Shown here in pieces: positions 22,915 to 35,615 of a stretch of 64,000 nt of DNA. The notes under the pieces were generated by a model that was given only the letters and a program-made list of their open reading frames with translations, was not told the origin of the DNA and ran no database searches. The stretch comes from Guillardia theta CCMP2712 (taxonomy: Eukaryota; Protista; Cryptophyta). Numbering within the stretch: the stretch's first letter is position 1; every line of letters begins with the position of its first letter. Position numbers and translations under genes: made by a program. Location: assembly GCF_000315625.1 (NCBI RefSeq), contig NW_005434600.1:291150-355149 (forward strand). Direction: 5' to 3'.

Positions 22915-25909
22915 TCACTTGGAACTTCCGTACTTTGACTGGATGAGGGCGAACAGGGCTCGCAGGCCCATGGCCTCTCCTCCTTCCGGCCTGCCCGGCC
23001 TGGACGCCGTGTTGAAGGCCATGAAGTCCATGTGGACCCAGTCCGTTCCCGCCGTGACAAACTTCTGGAGGTAGAGAGCTGCTGTAATCGCTCCCCCGTA
23101 TCCGCTCCCCTCAGCCACGTTCTTCATGTCGGCGATCCTGGAGGCAAGGGACTTGGCGTATCCCTTGAAGAGGGGTAAGCGCCATACCAGGTCGTTCTCC
23201 TTCTCGCTCAAGGAGCAGAGCTCGGACCCGAGCTCCTCGTTGTTGCAGAACACAGCTGGGACGTCTGTTCCCAGGGCCACACGTCCTGCTCCCGTCAGGG
23301 TAGCGGCGTCGATGAGCAGCTCAGGCTTCTCCTCACACGCAGCGACGAGCGCATCAGCCATCACCAGCCGGCCCTCCGCGTCGGTATTGCCGATCTCAGT
23401 CGTCATGCCGTTCCTGGCCACCAGGATGTCACCAGGGCGGAAGGAGACGGCATCCACGTTGTTTTCAGCAGCAGCGATCAGGACTCGGAGCCTCACGTTC
23501 AGTTTGAGCCGCATGATCATGTGGGCGAGGCCAAGGACAAGCGCCGAACCTCCCATGTCCTTCTTCATCTGCCGCATCCCCGACGCCGGCTTGATGTCCA
23601 GCCCTCCCGTGTCGAACGTGATGCCTTTCCCCACCAGCGTCACCTTGGGGTCACTCTCCTTCCCCCACCGCAGGTCGATCAGTCTTGGCGCGTGCTTCCC
23701 TGGGGGCGTCGCCCGTCCCACGGCATGGATCTGCGGGTAGTTCTGTCGCAGCAGGTCGTCTCCTACCACCGCCGTGACCTTCCCGCCGTACATGGACGCG
23801 AGCTTCCTCGCCGCACTCTCGAGGTCGCCGGGTGCCATGTCCTCAGCAGGAGTGCTGATGAGATCTCGGGTCAGGAAGATGGCGCTGGCTGCCGTCAGGA
23901 CGTAGTCCTCGTTGCATCCTGAGGGCCACACCAGCTTCTCGAAGCCAAGCTTCTCCTCTCCCTCGCTCTCCTTCCTCTTCTTCGACTTGTACACGTCGAA
24001 CTTGTAACATCCCAGCGCCCATGCCAGAGCGATCTTATCGTCCTCAACCCCGGCGGAGGAGACGATCTTGTAAGGTCCTGACCCCCTGGGCAGGGCGGAG
24101 GGGAGCCCGGCGAAGGAGAGCCATTCTCCGAAGCCATCATCGCCCACTATCACAATCACCTTCCTGCCCAAGCATTTCAGCGCCAATTGGTCCGCATCTC
24201 GTACCAACGACGTTCACTCACTCAATGGAGAGGTCGGGATTCGGGATCACGATATGCTTGCCAACGTCGGCCTCGCTCGCAGTAAACTGGACAAGGGGGA
24301 GGAGGAGGAGGAGGAGGAGGAGGAGGAGAGGGAGAGAGAGGGGGGGGGGGGGGGGGAAAAGGAGGCGTCGAGGAGGGAGTGGGGAAGGCAGCGCGACAAC
24401 CCACCTGGATAAGGGAGTGCCTCTTCTCTCTATTTTCATTCAGATTGTTGTCACGGTTGAAAGTTATCGTCCCGCTAATAGGTTAGCAATGAATCTCCGG
24501 TTTTGGGGTATCACACCGTGGACCGGCATGATCGCAGAAATGCCTCCCGGCAGTGCTCCCACTAAGGGCGCGGCGGACCCTTANNNNNNNNNNNNNNNNN
24601 NNNNNNNNNNNNNNNNNNNNNNNNNNNNNNNNNNNNNNNNNNNNNNNNNNNNNNNNNNNNNNNNNNNNNNNNNNNNNNNNNNNTAGGAGCGCTGCTACCT
24701 AGCGCTGAAGCCCTCCTACGTGCTAGAGAGTCTGCTCATAGAAATGTACGTCTTTTGAGAGTTGTGTAACCTCTCCCAGATCATGATGTAGATCGTTTCA
24801 TGAGCCATCAAGATCATGGTGTGCTCCCCAGCTTCCATCCCGAGATGAGCCAGAAGGTCGTTGGGCGCTGTTTTTACAGCATCGTGCGTTTTCCTGACCC
24901 TCGTGGGCCAGCGCTTCCGCTACGTGATCGGCGCGCTCAAGACATCCACCCTCGTGATCGGCAATCTGTCCAAGATGCGGAGAGGTATCTCCATGCACAA
25001 CGTCACCCTATTGCCCAGCATGCTGCAGTTCCAGGTCTTATTCATGATGGAGACCCCCATCAAGATATTATTCAAGGTGAAGTGGAAGAGGGTGAAAGAG
25101 ATCGGGGGGGGGGGGGAGAGGCGTCAGAGGAGCTGAACTCATGGGAAGCGACAGCAACGACCCACCTGCATAGTGCTGACCCACTTCTTCGTATTCTCAT
25201 CCTGCTCTTTGATCCAGGTTGAGAATGATTGTCCTGCTATCAAGTGAGGAATGCATCTCCTGTTATGCTCTTCTCACCCTTCACTGCGATGATTGAAACA
25301 GCCTTTTCAGCATTCTTCACGAAGCAAGCGTCGAACCTCATGCTATCACTAACACATTTCTCACCTGCATCATGTCATTCCTGCTGTCCTGCAGTAAGCA
25401 GCAACAGGATATAGCAATGGGAACAGCATCCTTTCAGGACATAGCTATCGCAACAGGATACAGCAACATGATATAGCAATAGGATATAGCAACAGGATAT
25501 AGCAACATGATATCGCAACACAAGCAGGTGACATGGACCTGTTCCCAAAGCAGTTGTTACCTTGAGAGTCATTCGATGACATCATGAGGCGTGCGAAGAG
25601 AGATTTCCTCGTCTGCCTCGCAGGGAAAGCTTTCCCATTCTTCTCCTCTGTCACGCTGCCGAACGTGCGCTGCTGGCGGAACAGAGGAAGGCCGAAGGCA
25701 AGCCTGTCACAGGACCGGGGAGTGGCGGATTGAACCTTCCAACCTCGCACGACGCCGGCGGGACCGGAGAAGGCCAGCAATGAGGAGGAGGAGGAGAAGG
25801 AAGAAGCCGAAGAGGATGATGCCATCAAGGGTGAGGAGGAGGAGGAGAGGATCGAGCATGAGGCCGACGCCGCCATGGAGAGCGGCAACAGAAGCGCACA
25901 GCGTCGCAT
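22915..25909 (-). CDS. M17 leucyl aminopeptidase, probably plastid-targeted; multi-exon
   Basis: VGKGITFDTGGLDIK, MKKDMGG, NTDAEGRL, ATLTGA, HMD motifs in exon 22915-~24160; upstream exons FTASEADVGKHIVIPNPD (24290-24220), STWIKEQDENTKKWVSTMQ (~25220-25167), FDACFVKNAEKAVSIIAVK (~25335-25275), Ser-rich leader with LLAF (25909-25560). Confidence 0.9.
25400..25520. repeat. 13-bp minisatellite (GCAACAGGATATA-like, ~6 copies) in an intron
   Basis: Direct reading. Confidence 0.75.
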
Positions 25910-26286
25910 TGTTCCCCGACCGCTCGTGAGGGGTGGGGTGGTAGATGAAAAAGGGTGTGTACCCTCTCGGTACTAAAAAATGTCTCTGATGGGTAGGTAG
26001 TATCAGTATCAATAAGGGGTGGTGGTAGATGTTGATTGGGTAGTACAAAGAGAGGGTGGGGTAGGGTTCACCCGACTGGCTTTAAAACCAGTGCCTGTAA
26101 AAGAGGAAAAAAACAAAAAGATTCCAGATGAGCAGCACCGGGTCAGCCAGCTAACTTTTCGACTTGAGTAAAATTGTGTTACGTCTGCCCAGGTGGGGGT
26201 AGTGGAAGGTCTCTTGTAGGGTAGGGGTGGTAAGGGGAGAAGCAGCGGGGGCCGATATGGCGGAGCGGAGCAGTGGCAGGTTAACG

Positions 26287-27946
26287 ATGACGACGAAGAA
26301 GGCGACGATGGTGATGGTGATGACGATGGCGATCATGGGTGAAGCTCTTGCGTTCAACCTTGATGCATCCAGCATGCTGCAGCACACAGGAGCGAGAAGC
26401 ATGAAGAAGGGAAGGAGGGCAATGCTTGAAAAGTTGAGGGGTAGTCCCCGCCTTGGCAGTGTAAGGATGTGCCAGGATGAAGGAAGGAGTGTGGACGAGG
26501 ACAGGAAGCAGGATGCCCTCAGGAAGCTTGCTGCGGTGGATTCGAAGCCATCATTGGGGAAGAAGGATGATCCTGACAAGGACGCGGATTCCTCTGTGAT
26601 CGATGGATTGATCAAGTGGTTTAAGTCGGATGAGGGGAGGGAGGAGGCGCTTCAGTGGACCATCACGTTTGTCATTGCGATATCCTTCCGTGTCTTCGTG
26701 GTCGAGCCCCGCTACATCCCCTCGCTCTCCATGTTTCCTACCTTCCATGTTGGTGAGTTGCTTGACCTGTCCTGGAAAGGGTTGTAGAGGTTGAGACAGG
26801 GAGGGGAAGGGAAAATCACACGTGTGTGGTTTCTTTACTTCTCTTCTGAATGCTTTTGTCTTTATCGATACCGTATCATGTCTTCCATGTATTCATAGCT
26901 TGACCCTGACGATTTCCTCCCTCTGCATCTCCCTCTCCCTCTCCCCTCTCTCTCCCTCTCCCTCTCCCTCTCTCGCCCCCTCCCGCTCCCTCCCCCTCTC
27001 CCTCCTCTCATACTGACATGCAGCGCAGGCGATATGCTGGCCGTCGAGAAGATCACCCACTACTTCCGCCCTTACCAGCGGGACGACGTCGTCGTGTTCC
27101 GCGCTCCTCCTGCCTTCGCCGACTACGTGGACGAGAGCAAGGCGAACGAGGATCTGATCAAGAGGATCATTGCGGTTGAGGGAGACACGATCAAGATAAC
27201 CAAGGGGAAGGTGTACATCAACGAGCAGGAGGTGAAGGAGCCTTTCATCAACGGCCCTCCCAACTACGACTTCGGCCCCGTCACTGTGCCCGCTGGCTGC
27301 GTCCTGGTGCTGGGTGAGAAGAGGGGAAGTGGAGGAAGAGGAGGAGGGGGAGGAGGAGGAGAGGGTGAGAGGAGGAGGAGGAGGAGAGGTGAGAGGAGGA
27401 GGAGGAGGAGAATGCATCGGTGGTAGCGGAGTTGTTCAAGGTCGATGCTGATTTTTCCTGCCGCAGGAGACAACAGGAACGCGAGTTTGGACTCTCATAT
27501 CTGGGGGTTCCTTCCTAAGGTCTTCCTCCCTCTCCTCCTGTTCTTCCTCCTCCCTGACTCCCTCTCCTCCTGTTCTTCCTCCTCCCTGACTCCCTCTCCT
27601 CCCTTCGCTCCTCTCCTCTTTCCTCTCCTCCCCTCTTTCGCTCCTCTCCTCTTTCCTCTCCTCCCATCCTTCGCTCCTCTCCTCTTTCAACTCCCTTCCC
27701 TAGTTGTCTCCTGGTTCTCTTCCCATCCCCTCCTCGCTTCTTGTACATCGACGTCCACCCCTTCCTCCTCCTCCCCTGCTCTTCCCCCTTCCTGCTCTCC
27801 TTTGCCCCAATCTCCTCTCCCCTCTCCTCCTTCTCATTCTCATCCCTCAACTTTCTCATCTCATTCTGTTGGTGCAGGAGAACATCATTGGACGGGCTGT
27901 CTTCAAATATTGGCCGCTCAACAGAGTGTCTCTTGTCCAGTCATGA
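26287..27946 (+). CDS. Signal peptidase I (thylakoidal processing peptidase-like, S26A) with bipartite leader; exons ~26287-26752, 27029-27313, 27467-27519, 27878-~27946
   Basis: EPRYIPSLSMFPT (catalytic Ser), DLIKRIIAVEGD (catalytic Lys), LGDNRNASLDSHIWGFLP, IIGRAVFKYWP; leader ends ...GEALAF. Confidence 0.92.
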
Positions 27947-28125
27947 TCCTTTTGTTGTCAAAAACAATCAATCTCTCTGCTCCTCCAATACAACAACACC
28001 ACTTTCATCGTCGTCGTCGTCGTCCTCCTCCTCCTCCTCCTCATTCTCCACTTCACCTTTCTTCGTCATCCCACCATCCAACATGCAGTCTCAGCACGTT
28101 CCTCCTCCTCCTCCCTGTTCCTCCT

Positions 28126-30139
28126 CTACTTGGCCTGTGGCCGGAACACCTGCACGCGGCCGGAGCCCTGGAGGGAGGGCCCGCCGAGGAGGTCGAGGCA
28201 GTAGGGAATGGCGGGGAAGACAGCGTCGAGGCAGGTGCGGATGGCGTTGGGCTTGCCGGGGAGGTTGAGAACGAGCGTCTTGCCGATGGAAGCTGCGAGC
28301 TGCCTGCGAGAGAGAGTGAGGGGAGGAGGGCAAGAGGAGAGGAGGGAAGGGAAAGGTGGGGGAGGAGAGAAGGGGAGGAGGAGAAGAAGGAGGAGAGGGG
28401 AGGGGAGGGGAGCAGTGACAAGAACGGAGGGAGGAGGGACGGAAGAGTTTCATGTGTTTCACCTTGAGAGGATCGCTGTAGGAACTCCCTCCTCCAGGCT
28501 TCTCCTCCTCATCAGCTCGCCAAAGCCTTCAAGCCTCAATCAACAGCTCCACTTTCCCGCCCCTCTCATCCTCTCTCCCTCCTCTCCCCTGTTCCCCTCC
28601 GGATTCTCTCCTCCCCTCACTTTATTTTGTCGCCTTCCCCAATTACTAGCTCCCTTCCCGCCTTCCTCCCCTCCTTCAACTCTTCTCCTCTCCTTCCCAG
28701 CCCTCCTGCTCTTATCTCCTCCCCTCCTCCCCTCCTCCCCTCCTGTCTCTCTCTCACCATCGTAAACCTTGTCGCACACTTTCATCATCGCCTGCATCAT
28801 CTGTTATAGGCCTCCTCCTCCCCCCTCCCCCCTCCTCACTCCCTTCCTCCTCCCTCTCTTCATCCTCTTCCTCGTTCTCTCCCCGCCCACTCCCTCGCCC
28901 TTTCCTTCTCCTCGTCCTTCTCCTCGTCTCACCTCTGGCGTCACATCGCGTATCGCTGGTCCAGTTCCTCCAGTTGAGCAGACCAGAGCGCATCCTGCGA
29001 GATGTATGAGCCGAGGGAGGAGCATTAGAACGACGAGGAGTAGGAGGAGAGGCGAGGAGGAGAAGGAGGAGGAGGAGAAGGAAGGGGGGAGGGGGGGGAG
29101 GAGTGGGAAAAAGGAGCGGGAGGAAGAGGGGGGTGGGGGGGGTAAAGGACAAGACCTGCCAGTGCAAAGTCTCGGATTGCATTCGCAATCAAATCGACTT
29201 CGTCTGGAACCATGCTGGAAGGAGAGGAGGGGAGAGGTCAAACATGGCTCTGTCGAGCATACGACACAAACGCTTCCCATTTCTCCCCTTCTCACGTCCC
29301 TCCTCCTTTCTTCTCACGTCCCTCCTCCTTTCTTCTCACGTCCATCCTCCTTTCTTCTCACGTCCCTCCTCCTTTCTTCCTCTCTCCTTCTACCGCTTTC
29401 CTCCGTTCCCAGTCAGCTTACCGACAGACAAACTCACAGTCAGTAGCGAGATATTCCCTCATGACCTGAAAGTTGAAATGTAAAACTCACACGCAGACGA
29501 AGAGGAGGAGGAGGGGGGGAGAGATGAGGGAGGAGGGANNNNNNNNNNNNNNNNNNNNNNNNNNNNNNNNNNNNNNNNNNNNNNNNNNNNNNNNNNNNNN
29601 NNNNNNNNNNNNNNNNNNNNNNNNNNNNNNNNNNNNNNNNNNNNNNNNNNNNNNNNNNNNNNNNNNNNNNNNNNNNNNNNNNNNNNNNNNNNNNNNNNNN
29701 NNNNNNNNNNNNNNNNNNNNNNNNNNNNNNNNNNNNNNNNNNNNNNNNNNNNNNNNNNNNNNNNNNNNNNNNNNNNNNNNNNNNNNNNNNNNNNNNNNNN
29801 NNNNNNNNNNNNNNNNNNNNNNNNNNNNNNNNNNNNNNNNNNNNNNNNNNNNNNNNNNNNNNNNNNNNNNNNNNNNNNNNNNNNNNNNNNNNNNNNNNNN
29901 NNNNNNNNNNNNNNNNNNNNNNNNNNNNNNNNNNNNNNNNNNNNNNNNNNNNNNNNNNNNNNNNNNNNNNNNNNNNNNNNNNNNNNNNNNNNNNNNNNNN
30001 NNNNNNNNNNNNNNNNNNNNNNNNNNNNNNNNNNNNNNNNNNNNNNNNNNNNNNNNNNNNNNNNNNNNNNNNNNNNNNNNNNNNNNNNNNNNNNNNNNNN
30101 NNNNNNNNNNNNNNNNNNNNNNNNNNNNNNNNNNNGGAG

Positions 30140-30175
<36 letters not shown>

Positions 30176-31054
30176 GAGGAGGAGGAGGAGGAGGAGGAGG
30201 AGGAGGAGGAGTAGAGGAGGAGGAGGAGGAGTAGAGGAGGAGGAGTAGAGGAGGAGGAGTAGAGGAGGAGGACCTTGATCGTTGTCCTCCGGTTGAGACG
30301 GCAACCAGACAAGCTTGACCATCATCCCACTGCAATGAGACTCGATAATACTCGGGCCTGACCAACCTCTAAGTATTGCTCCCCCTCCCTGCCCTCCCTG
30401 CCCTCCCTGCCCTCCTGTCGCCCCCGCTCCCGCTCCTATTCTGCTATCTCTACTCTCTCCTTGCTTTCTCATCCCCTCTCCCCCTGCTCCCTCCTTCCTC
30501 CTCACCGCTGTGGATCGAGGGTGATATTTTGTGTGGTTTTGACTCGCAACCTGCACATTCCGCAAATCAATTTCGACAGGAGCCCGAGGACGGGAGCAGA
30601 AGGAGAGCAGCACCAGCATCAGCACAACCACCACCACCACCAGCAGCAGCAGCAGGGGCAGGAGCAGGGCAGGGCAGGAGCAGGAGCAGGGAGCAGGACG
30701 CAGGAGCCAGGGAGCAGGAGCAGGAGCGAGGAGCGAGGAGCNNNNNNNNNNNNNNNNNNNNNNNNNNNNNNNNNNNNNNNNNNNNNNNNNNNNNNNNNNN
30801 NNNNNNNNNNNNNNNNNNNNNNNNNNNNNNNNNNNNNNNNNNNGTCAGACCTCACCAGATGGAACGAGAGCAGCGCAATAGCGAGGGTTGCCAGGGAAGT
30901 CCAAAACACCAACAGAGAGCAGTCGTGACACCAACTTGACATGTCTGCAAACAGAGAAGCAAGTAACTCACTTTATTGCTCCTCTTCACGTCAAGGGTGG
31001 CAAACGTGAGAGGCTTTCCAGGTTTCATCAATACCTGTTCGTCGTCAAGACCAC

Positions 31055-31106
<52 letters not shown>

Positions 31107-31126
31107 TCCATCATCATCATCATCAT

Positions 31127-31157
<31 letters not shown>

Positions 31158-33568
31158 TCCATCATCATCATCATCATCTCCATCATCCTTCTGCTCTCCT
31201 CTACTTTCCTTCTCTCCTACTCCTCTCCTCTCCCCTCCACCTCCCCTCGCATCACCAACAGCAACAGAGGCATAATGTCAGCAGTCTCTCACCCTTCCGA
31301 AGTGAATCTTTCCCCTCCTCTCCAGCAGAGGCTTCACCAAGTCACGATCTCCCATCGAAACCCCCCCGGAGGTGATCAGCATGTTTGCTCCTTGCCCTAT
31401 CACCCTGAAGCCAAACTTACTCCATTCCTGCCTTTCCTCTATCTCCGTCCTCCCCGTCCTCCTCTTCCCCTCCTCTTCCGTTCTTCCTGCTTCACTTGCT
31501 CTCCTCCTCTCTTCTAAAATCTTCCCTTCTCACTTCTACCCATCCTCCTCTCCTCCTGCCTCTCCTTCTTGCTTCCACTTGATCCCGTCGTCCACGTCCA
31601 CGTCCTCGCCCCTAGCACCAAACTCTGCTCTAATCTCCCACCTCCGATATATCGTTCCTCCTGCTCCTGCCCCTACTCCTGCTCCTGCTCCTGCCCCTAC
31701 TCCTGCTCCTGCTCCTGCCCCTTCTCCTGCGCCTTCTTCTGTCCCTGCTCTTCCTGCGATTTTTCACGCATTACTTATCAAGAGCTTGTTCAAGAGCTTG
31801 GGAGTTGTCATTAACGATTCCCATATCAATCACCTTGAGATTTTAAATCAGAAGGGCAAACCAAACTGCAGGAGAAAAGAAACAGCGATGATGGATGAAG
31901 ATGAAGGCGGCAGTGGCAGCGGCGGCGGCAGTGGTGGTGGTGGTGGTGGTGGTGGTGGTGGTGGTGATGATGATGATGTTGATGTTGATGTTGATGATGT
32001 TGATGTTGATGATATTGATGATGAAGGAGGAGGAGGAGGAGATTGAACATCGTACCTCAGCTCCGAGCTTTTCACAGGCAGCAAGCAGCATATTTCTGTT
32101 AGAGTCTCGAATCTGCCAGACGAAAAAACAAGTTCACACCTTGTCCATTCCAAGAAAACAGAAGAAGAGAAGGAAAGGAGGGGTGAGAGACGGATGGTTT
32201 TGAGAGCAAGGAAGGTGAGGGGGGCAGGGACGAGGAGGGCAAGGAAGAGGACGAGGACGAGAAAAGTTAGAGAGAGAAAGAAGAAAGAAAGAGTAGATGT
32301 CAGAATGAAACTCACGATTCCCGGTGTTAAAGGGGATGATGCCTGTAAGAAAACGTTTCAGGAACACCTTCTCTCACAAGTTTCTTACCGTCACATCTGC
32401 AAGTTCATCCCCTGTTGACATGATGGCAACTTTCGGTCTTGAGAAAACTTTCGCTGCTGCAACACCAACAGTAGCAAGCAATCCAATCTGAAACTGCATC
32501 ATCGCCAACACTCGCTCCCCATCTCATCGCCCGCATTCTTTCGCTTCCTCCAGCATCAGCACCAGCTCCAACAAATCTGCTCCTCGTCCTGACCTTCCTC
32601 CTCCTCCTCCTCCCCTCCTCCTCTCGTCCTGACCTTCCTCCTCCTCCTCCTCCTCCCCTCCTCCTCTTCCTACCTCAGCAGCTCCGATCCTCTCACCAGC
32701 TGCCAGCACTCTCTCCCCTGTCGCCATGTCCGATCCAACTTCCCGCACATTCTGCCGGGGCTTCGCTGCCTTGCTGATCTTCACCCTCCCCTCGGAGGAA
32801 CCAGGTAGTGTCTCCTCCACCATGACTACCGCATCCGCTCCCGCAGGTAGAGGAGCCCCGGTGGTGATGTAGCACACGCTCCCGGCAGATACAGAAACTC
32901 CTTCACTTGCACCTGCTCGTGAACTCCCGACGATGTTGAACTCCCCAGCTCCATCAGACGACACGACCGCATAACCGTCCATGATGGAGGTGGGAACCTG
33001 TAGGCAAGGCTCTCACAAGGCAGTGGGGAGGGAGAGGGAGGGAGAGGAGGGAGAGGGGAGGAGGCGTGGAGGGACGGTAGGGCCGGAAGGGCGNNNNNNN
33101 NNNNNNNNNNNNNNNNNNNNNNNNNNNNNNNNNNNNNNNNNNNNNNNNNNNNNNNNNNNNNNNNNNNNNNNNNNNNNNNNNNNNNNNNNNNNNAAGATAA
33201 CAACACACGTTGCAAGAAGAAAAGACAACAAGACACGTTGTAAAGGCATCAAGGCACCAGAAGATTTTGGAGCTTTCTTTCTTCCAATTCGAGTGGGCTT
33301 GTATGCTCAAGAGAAATCTTGTTGGCCTCTGCGATAGAAATCTGAAGGAAATCTCCCCCTCAATGGGAATCCGTTTTCCATCTGGCCCCACCTCCTATTT
33401 CTAATCTGGCCCCTCCTCCTCGCCCTGCTCCTTCATCCTCCTCAACCCCCTCCACTTTGTTCCTCTCCCCCCCCCCCCCCCCCCCCCCCCCTCTCTCTCC
33501 CTTCCCCTGCTCCGCCTTGTCGTTCTCACCATCGGCCACGGGGATGCTGGAGCGGCTGCTGCCATCAT
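28126..33568 (-). CDS. Molybdopterin biosynthesis protein, Cnx1-type MoeA(E)-MogA(G) fusion; many small exons, spans gaps
   Basis: MMAAAAPASPWPM/ISIAEANKISL; SIMDGYAV; ITTGAPLPAGADAVVMVE; KVAIMSTGDEL; IRDSN; ITSGGVSMGDRD; MKPGKP; RPEY; then STGGTGPAIRDVTPE, GFGELMR, LNLPGKPNAIRTCLDAVFPAIPYCLDLLGG; stop TAG at 28126-28128. Confidence 0.9.
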
Positions 33569-33719
33569 AGGTCTCCTTCAAGACCGCAGAAGATGGCGGA
33601 GCCACAAATACCGCAAACTCAGCCGCAAACTCCTCTGAAACTCCTGCAGAAACTCCTGTCCACAGTACTGATTTTTAACTCAACTTTGAGTAAAAGACTC
33701 TGAGAAACTTGGTCGCCGG

Positions 33720-34990
33720 ATCAGTCACGGCGAAACTCAGTGACTCGGACCCGTGACCCGGCCCGGCCTGGGCAGCCCGGCCTATCTGTCAGGCTTCGGA
33801 CTGAGTTGGGCCGGGCAGCCGAGTCCGATCCAAGTGTCCCCCGGGAGCCGGCGGCCGCTCCGGCCGCGGGTGCCGGCCGGGTGCCAGGCCCGGCCCGGAC
33901 TCGGGAGCCCGGACCGTCCGATCGGTACGGAGCCAGACTCGCCGCCGGGCCCGGGCCCGCCGGGCGTCTGCCCGCCCGGCCGTAACGTTCTTGGATGTCA
34001 GCAACAATGATGTAACCGTCAGCAACTAGCTGTACACCCCTACTCACAACACCCCCACCCCCAATGAAGGCCTTGTAGCTGTTTCCACCCACCCTTGCAT
34101 TAGGCAACCCTCCTTATGGAATCAATCACCCATTCTTCTCAATGGTAAAGTACCGGTGTTATCAATGTACTCCACGACAAATTGCATACCCTACCCCCTC
34201 TAATCAAACATACGTGTCTGCACCCCTACTTGACCACTACCCTGAGGGAACATGGATCCGTCCCTTCCGTCTCACTACTAACACCTCATTCTATTACCCT
34301 ACCCCCTCTGAATTTTGACTACCCTACATCAATCCCAGACATACACCCGGTGCTTCAGATCCTGAATGGACCCCCACCCGATGTCACAGATTCGATGTAC
34401 CCCCTCCTTGCAATTTCACTAAAGGGTGTACCTTGTGCTTGTACCCTACCCCGCAATTCAGCTGTGATAGTAGTTAAATATACCCCTACTCAATCCCTTA
34501 CCAGCCCTAGCCCAGAACATGGGCTGATCACCCTACCCCCTCTTCTCCCCGCACTAGTCGTATATTCCTCACTACCCCTCAGGATCCAGAGATTGCTGTC
34601 CCTAGGAAAAAATTATTGCGTTGGTACCCTACCCCTATATGGTCTGTTTGACTCCCGTAGAAGTACCCGTGTAGAAAGGACCTACCCCCTCAAATGATCC
34701 AGATCAAGAACCCTACCACCTGATTTCCCTCTGCTTTGAGGACCCGCACTTTGTTAGGACTACCACCCCTCCTTTTCTGATTCTTCCCCGTGATACTGCA
34801 GTACCCTGCTGTCCCTGCTCTACACCCCAATATTTTCAATTGAGTACCCACCCTTTCTGCTGCAAGCCACTCAACAATGACCACCCTACCTGTCTCAACT
34901 CTCCCACAACCCGCCAAATGCTATGAGTACCCGTTCTTTTTCCGATGAAAATACCCCACCCCCTCCTCTCTGCCTGTGGCCACGAGCGGC
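33720..34990 (+). promoter_or_regulatory. GC-rich palindromic block (33720-33990) followed by ~950-bp TACCC(C)-rich tract upstream of CYP51
   Basis: Dozens of TACCC/ACCCC words on + strand; not a tandem repeat; regulatory role is inferred. Confidence 0.45.
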
Positions 34991-35615
34991 AATGCGCATC
35001 GTCGTCGCCGTAGCCGGTACTCCCCCACCATGGCAGCTCCTGCTGGTCCTATCGAGCATGCTTCCGCCTTTCTTGCTTCAGCTGACCTTACCCCACTCCT
35101 CTCTTGCTTCGCCCTTGCCTTTCTACCGCGCGTTTTTTCTATTCCCCGAGTCTCCTCTGCTCTATGTACTGTGGTCTATCTCCGCGTGGAGTCTGACCTC
35201 CTGAAGATGGAGGAGCATGAACCGAACTACATCCCCCATGTACACATACAATGTATTGATGCGTGCCAAACGTGATCACGCCAGAACTGTGCTGTATGCA
35301 CTCATTTCAGCGCGTTGAAGTCATCTTGTGGATCGATTTTCCATTTTTCAGGGATTTGCGCTGACGACCGGTTTTATCTCTTCTCGTATCTTCATCTGTA
35401 CCGACCTCATATTTTAACAAAAGCTTAACTTTCACAATATGATTTACACGCTCCTTGTTCGTTGATATGTAAATCCTTTTTCTACTGCTCAACAGTCCTT
35501 TTCTTGCCCATGGACCGTAAGGTGTTGTGCACCCAGTAGGCGATGCCTGTCTATGTTTATGATATATCATATCACATCCTCACACCAAATATGTCGTGCA
35601 CTCACATGCAAGTGG

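Noticed and set aside
24340-25105. Apparent plus-strand gene fragment (DHDVDRFMSHQ...RFRYVIGALK...KILFK) nested in an aminopeptidase intron
   Set aside because: 24340-24583 is a degraded duplicate of ~25105-25340 (poly-G, GAGGCGTC, ACCCACCTG) next to an N-gap, so this most likely reflects a low-quality read end and a mis-join at a G homopolymer rather than a nested gene
30844-30930. Frameshifts in the Cnx1 FGLPGNP exon suggesting a pseudogene
   Set aside because: Immediately adjacent to an N-gap while other exons are intact; probably read-end errors
33721-34697. Pro/Gly/Arg-rich and Pro/Tyr/Thr-rich ORFs over GC blocks and TACCC tracts (also 38058-38508, 46897-47449, 48737-49255)
   Set aside because: Stop-poor composition produces overlapping ORFs in several frames with no domain or splice support
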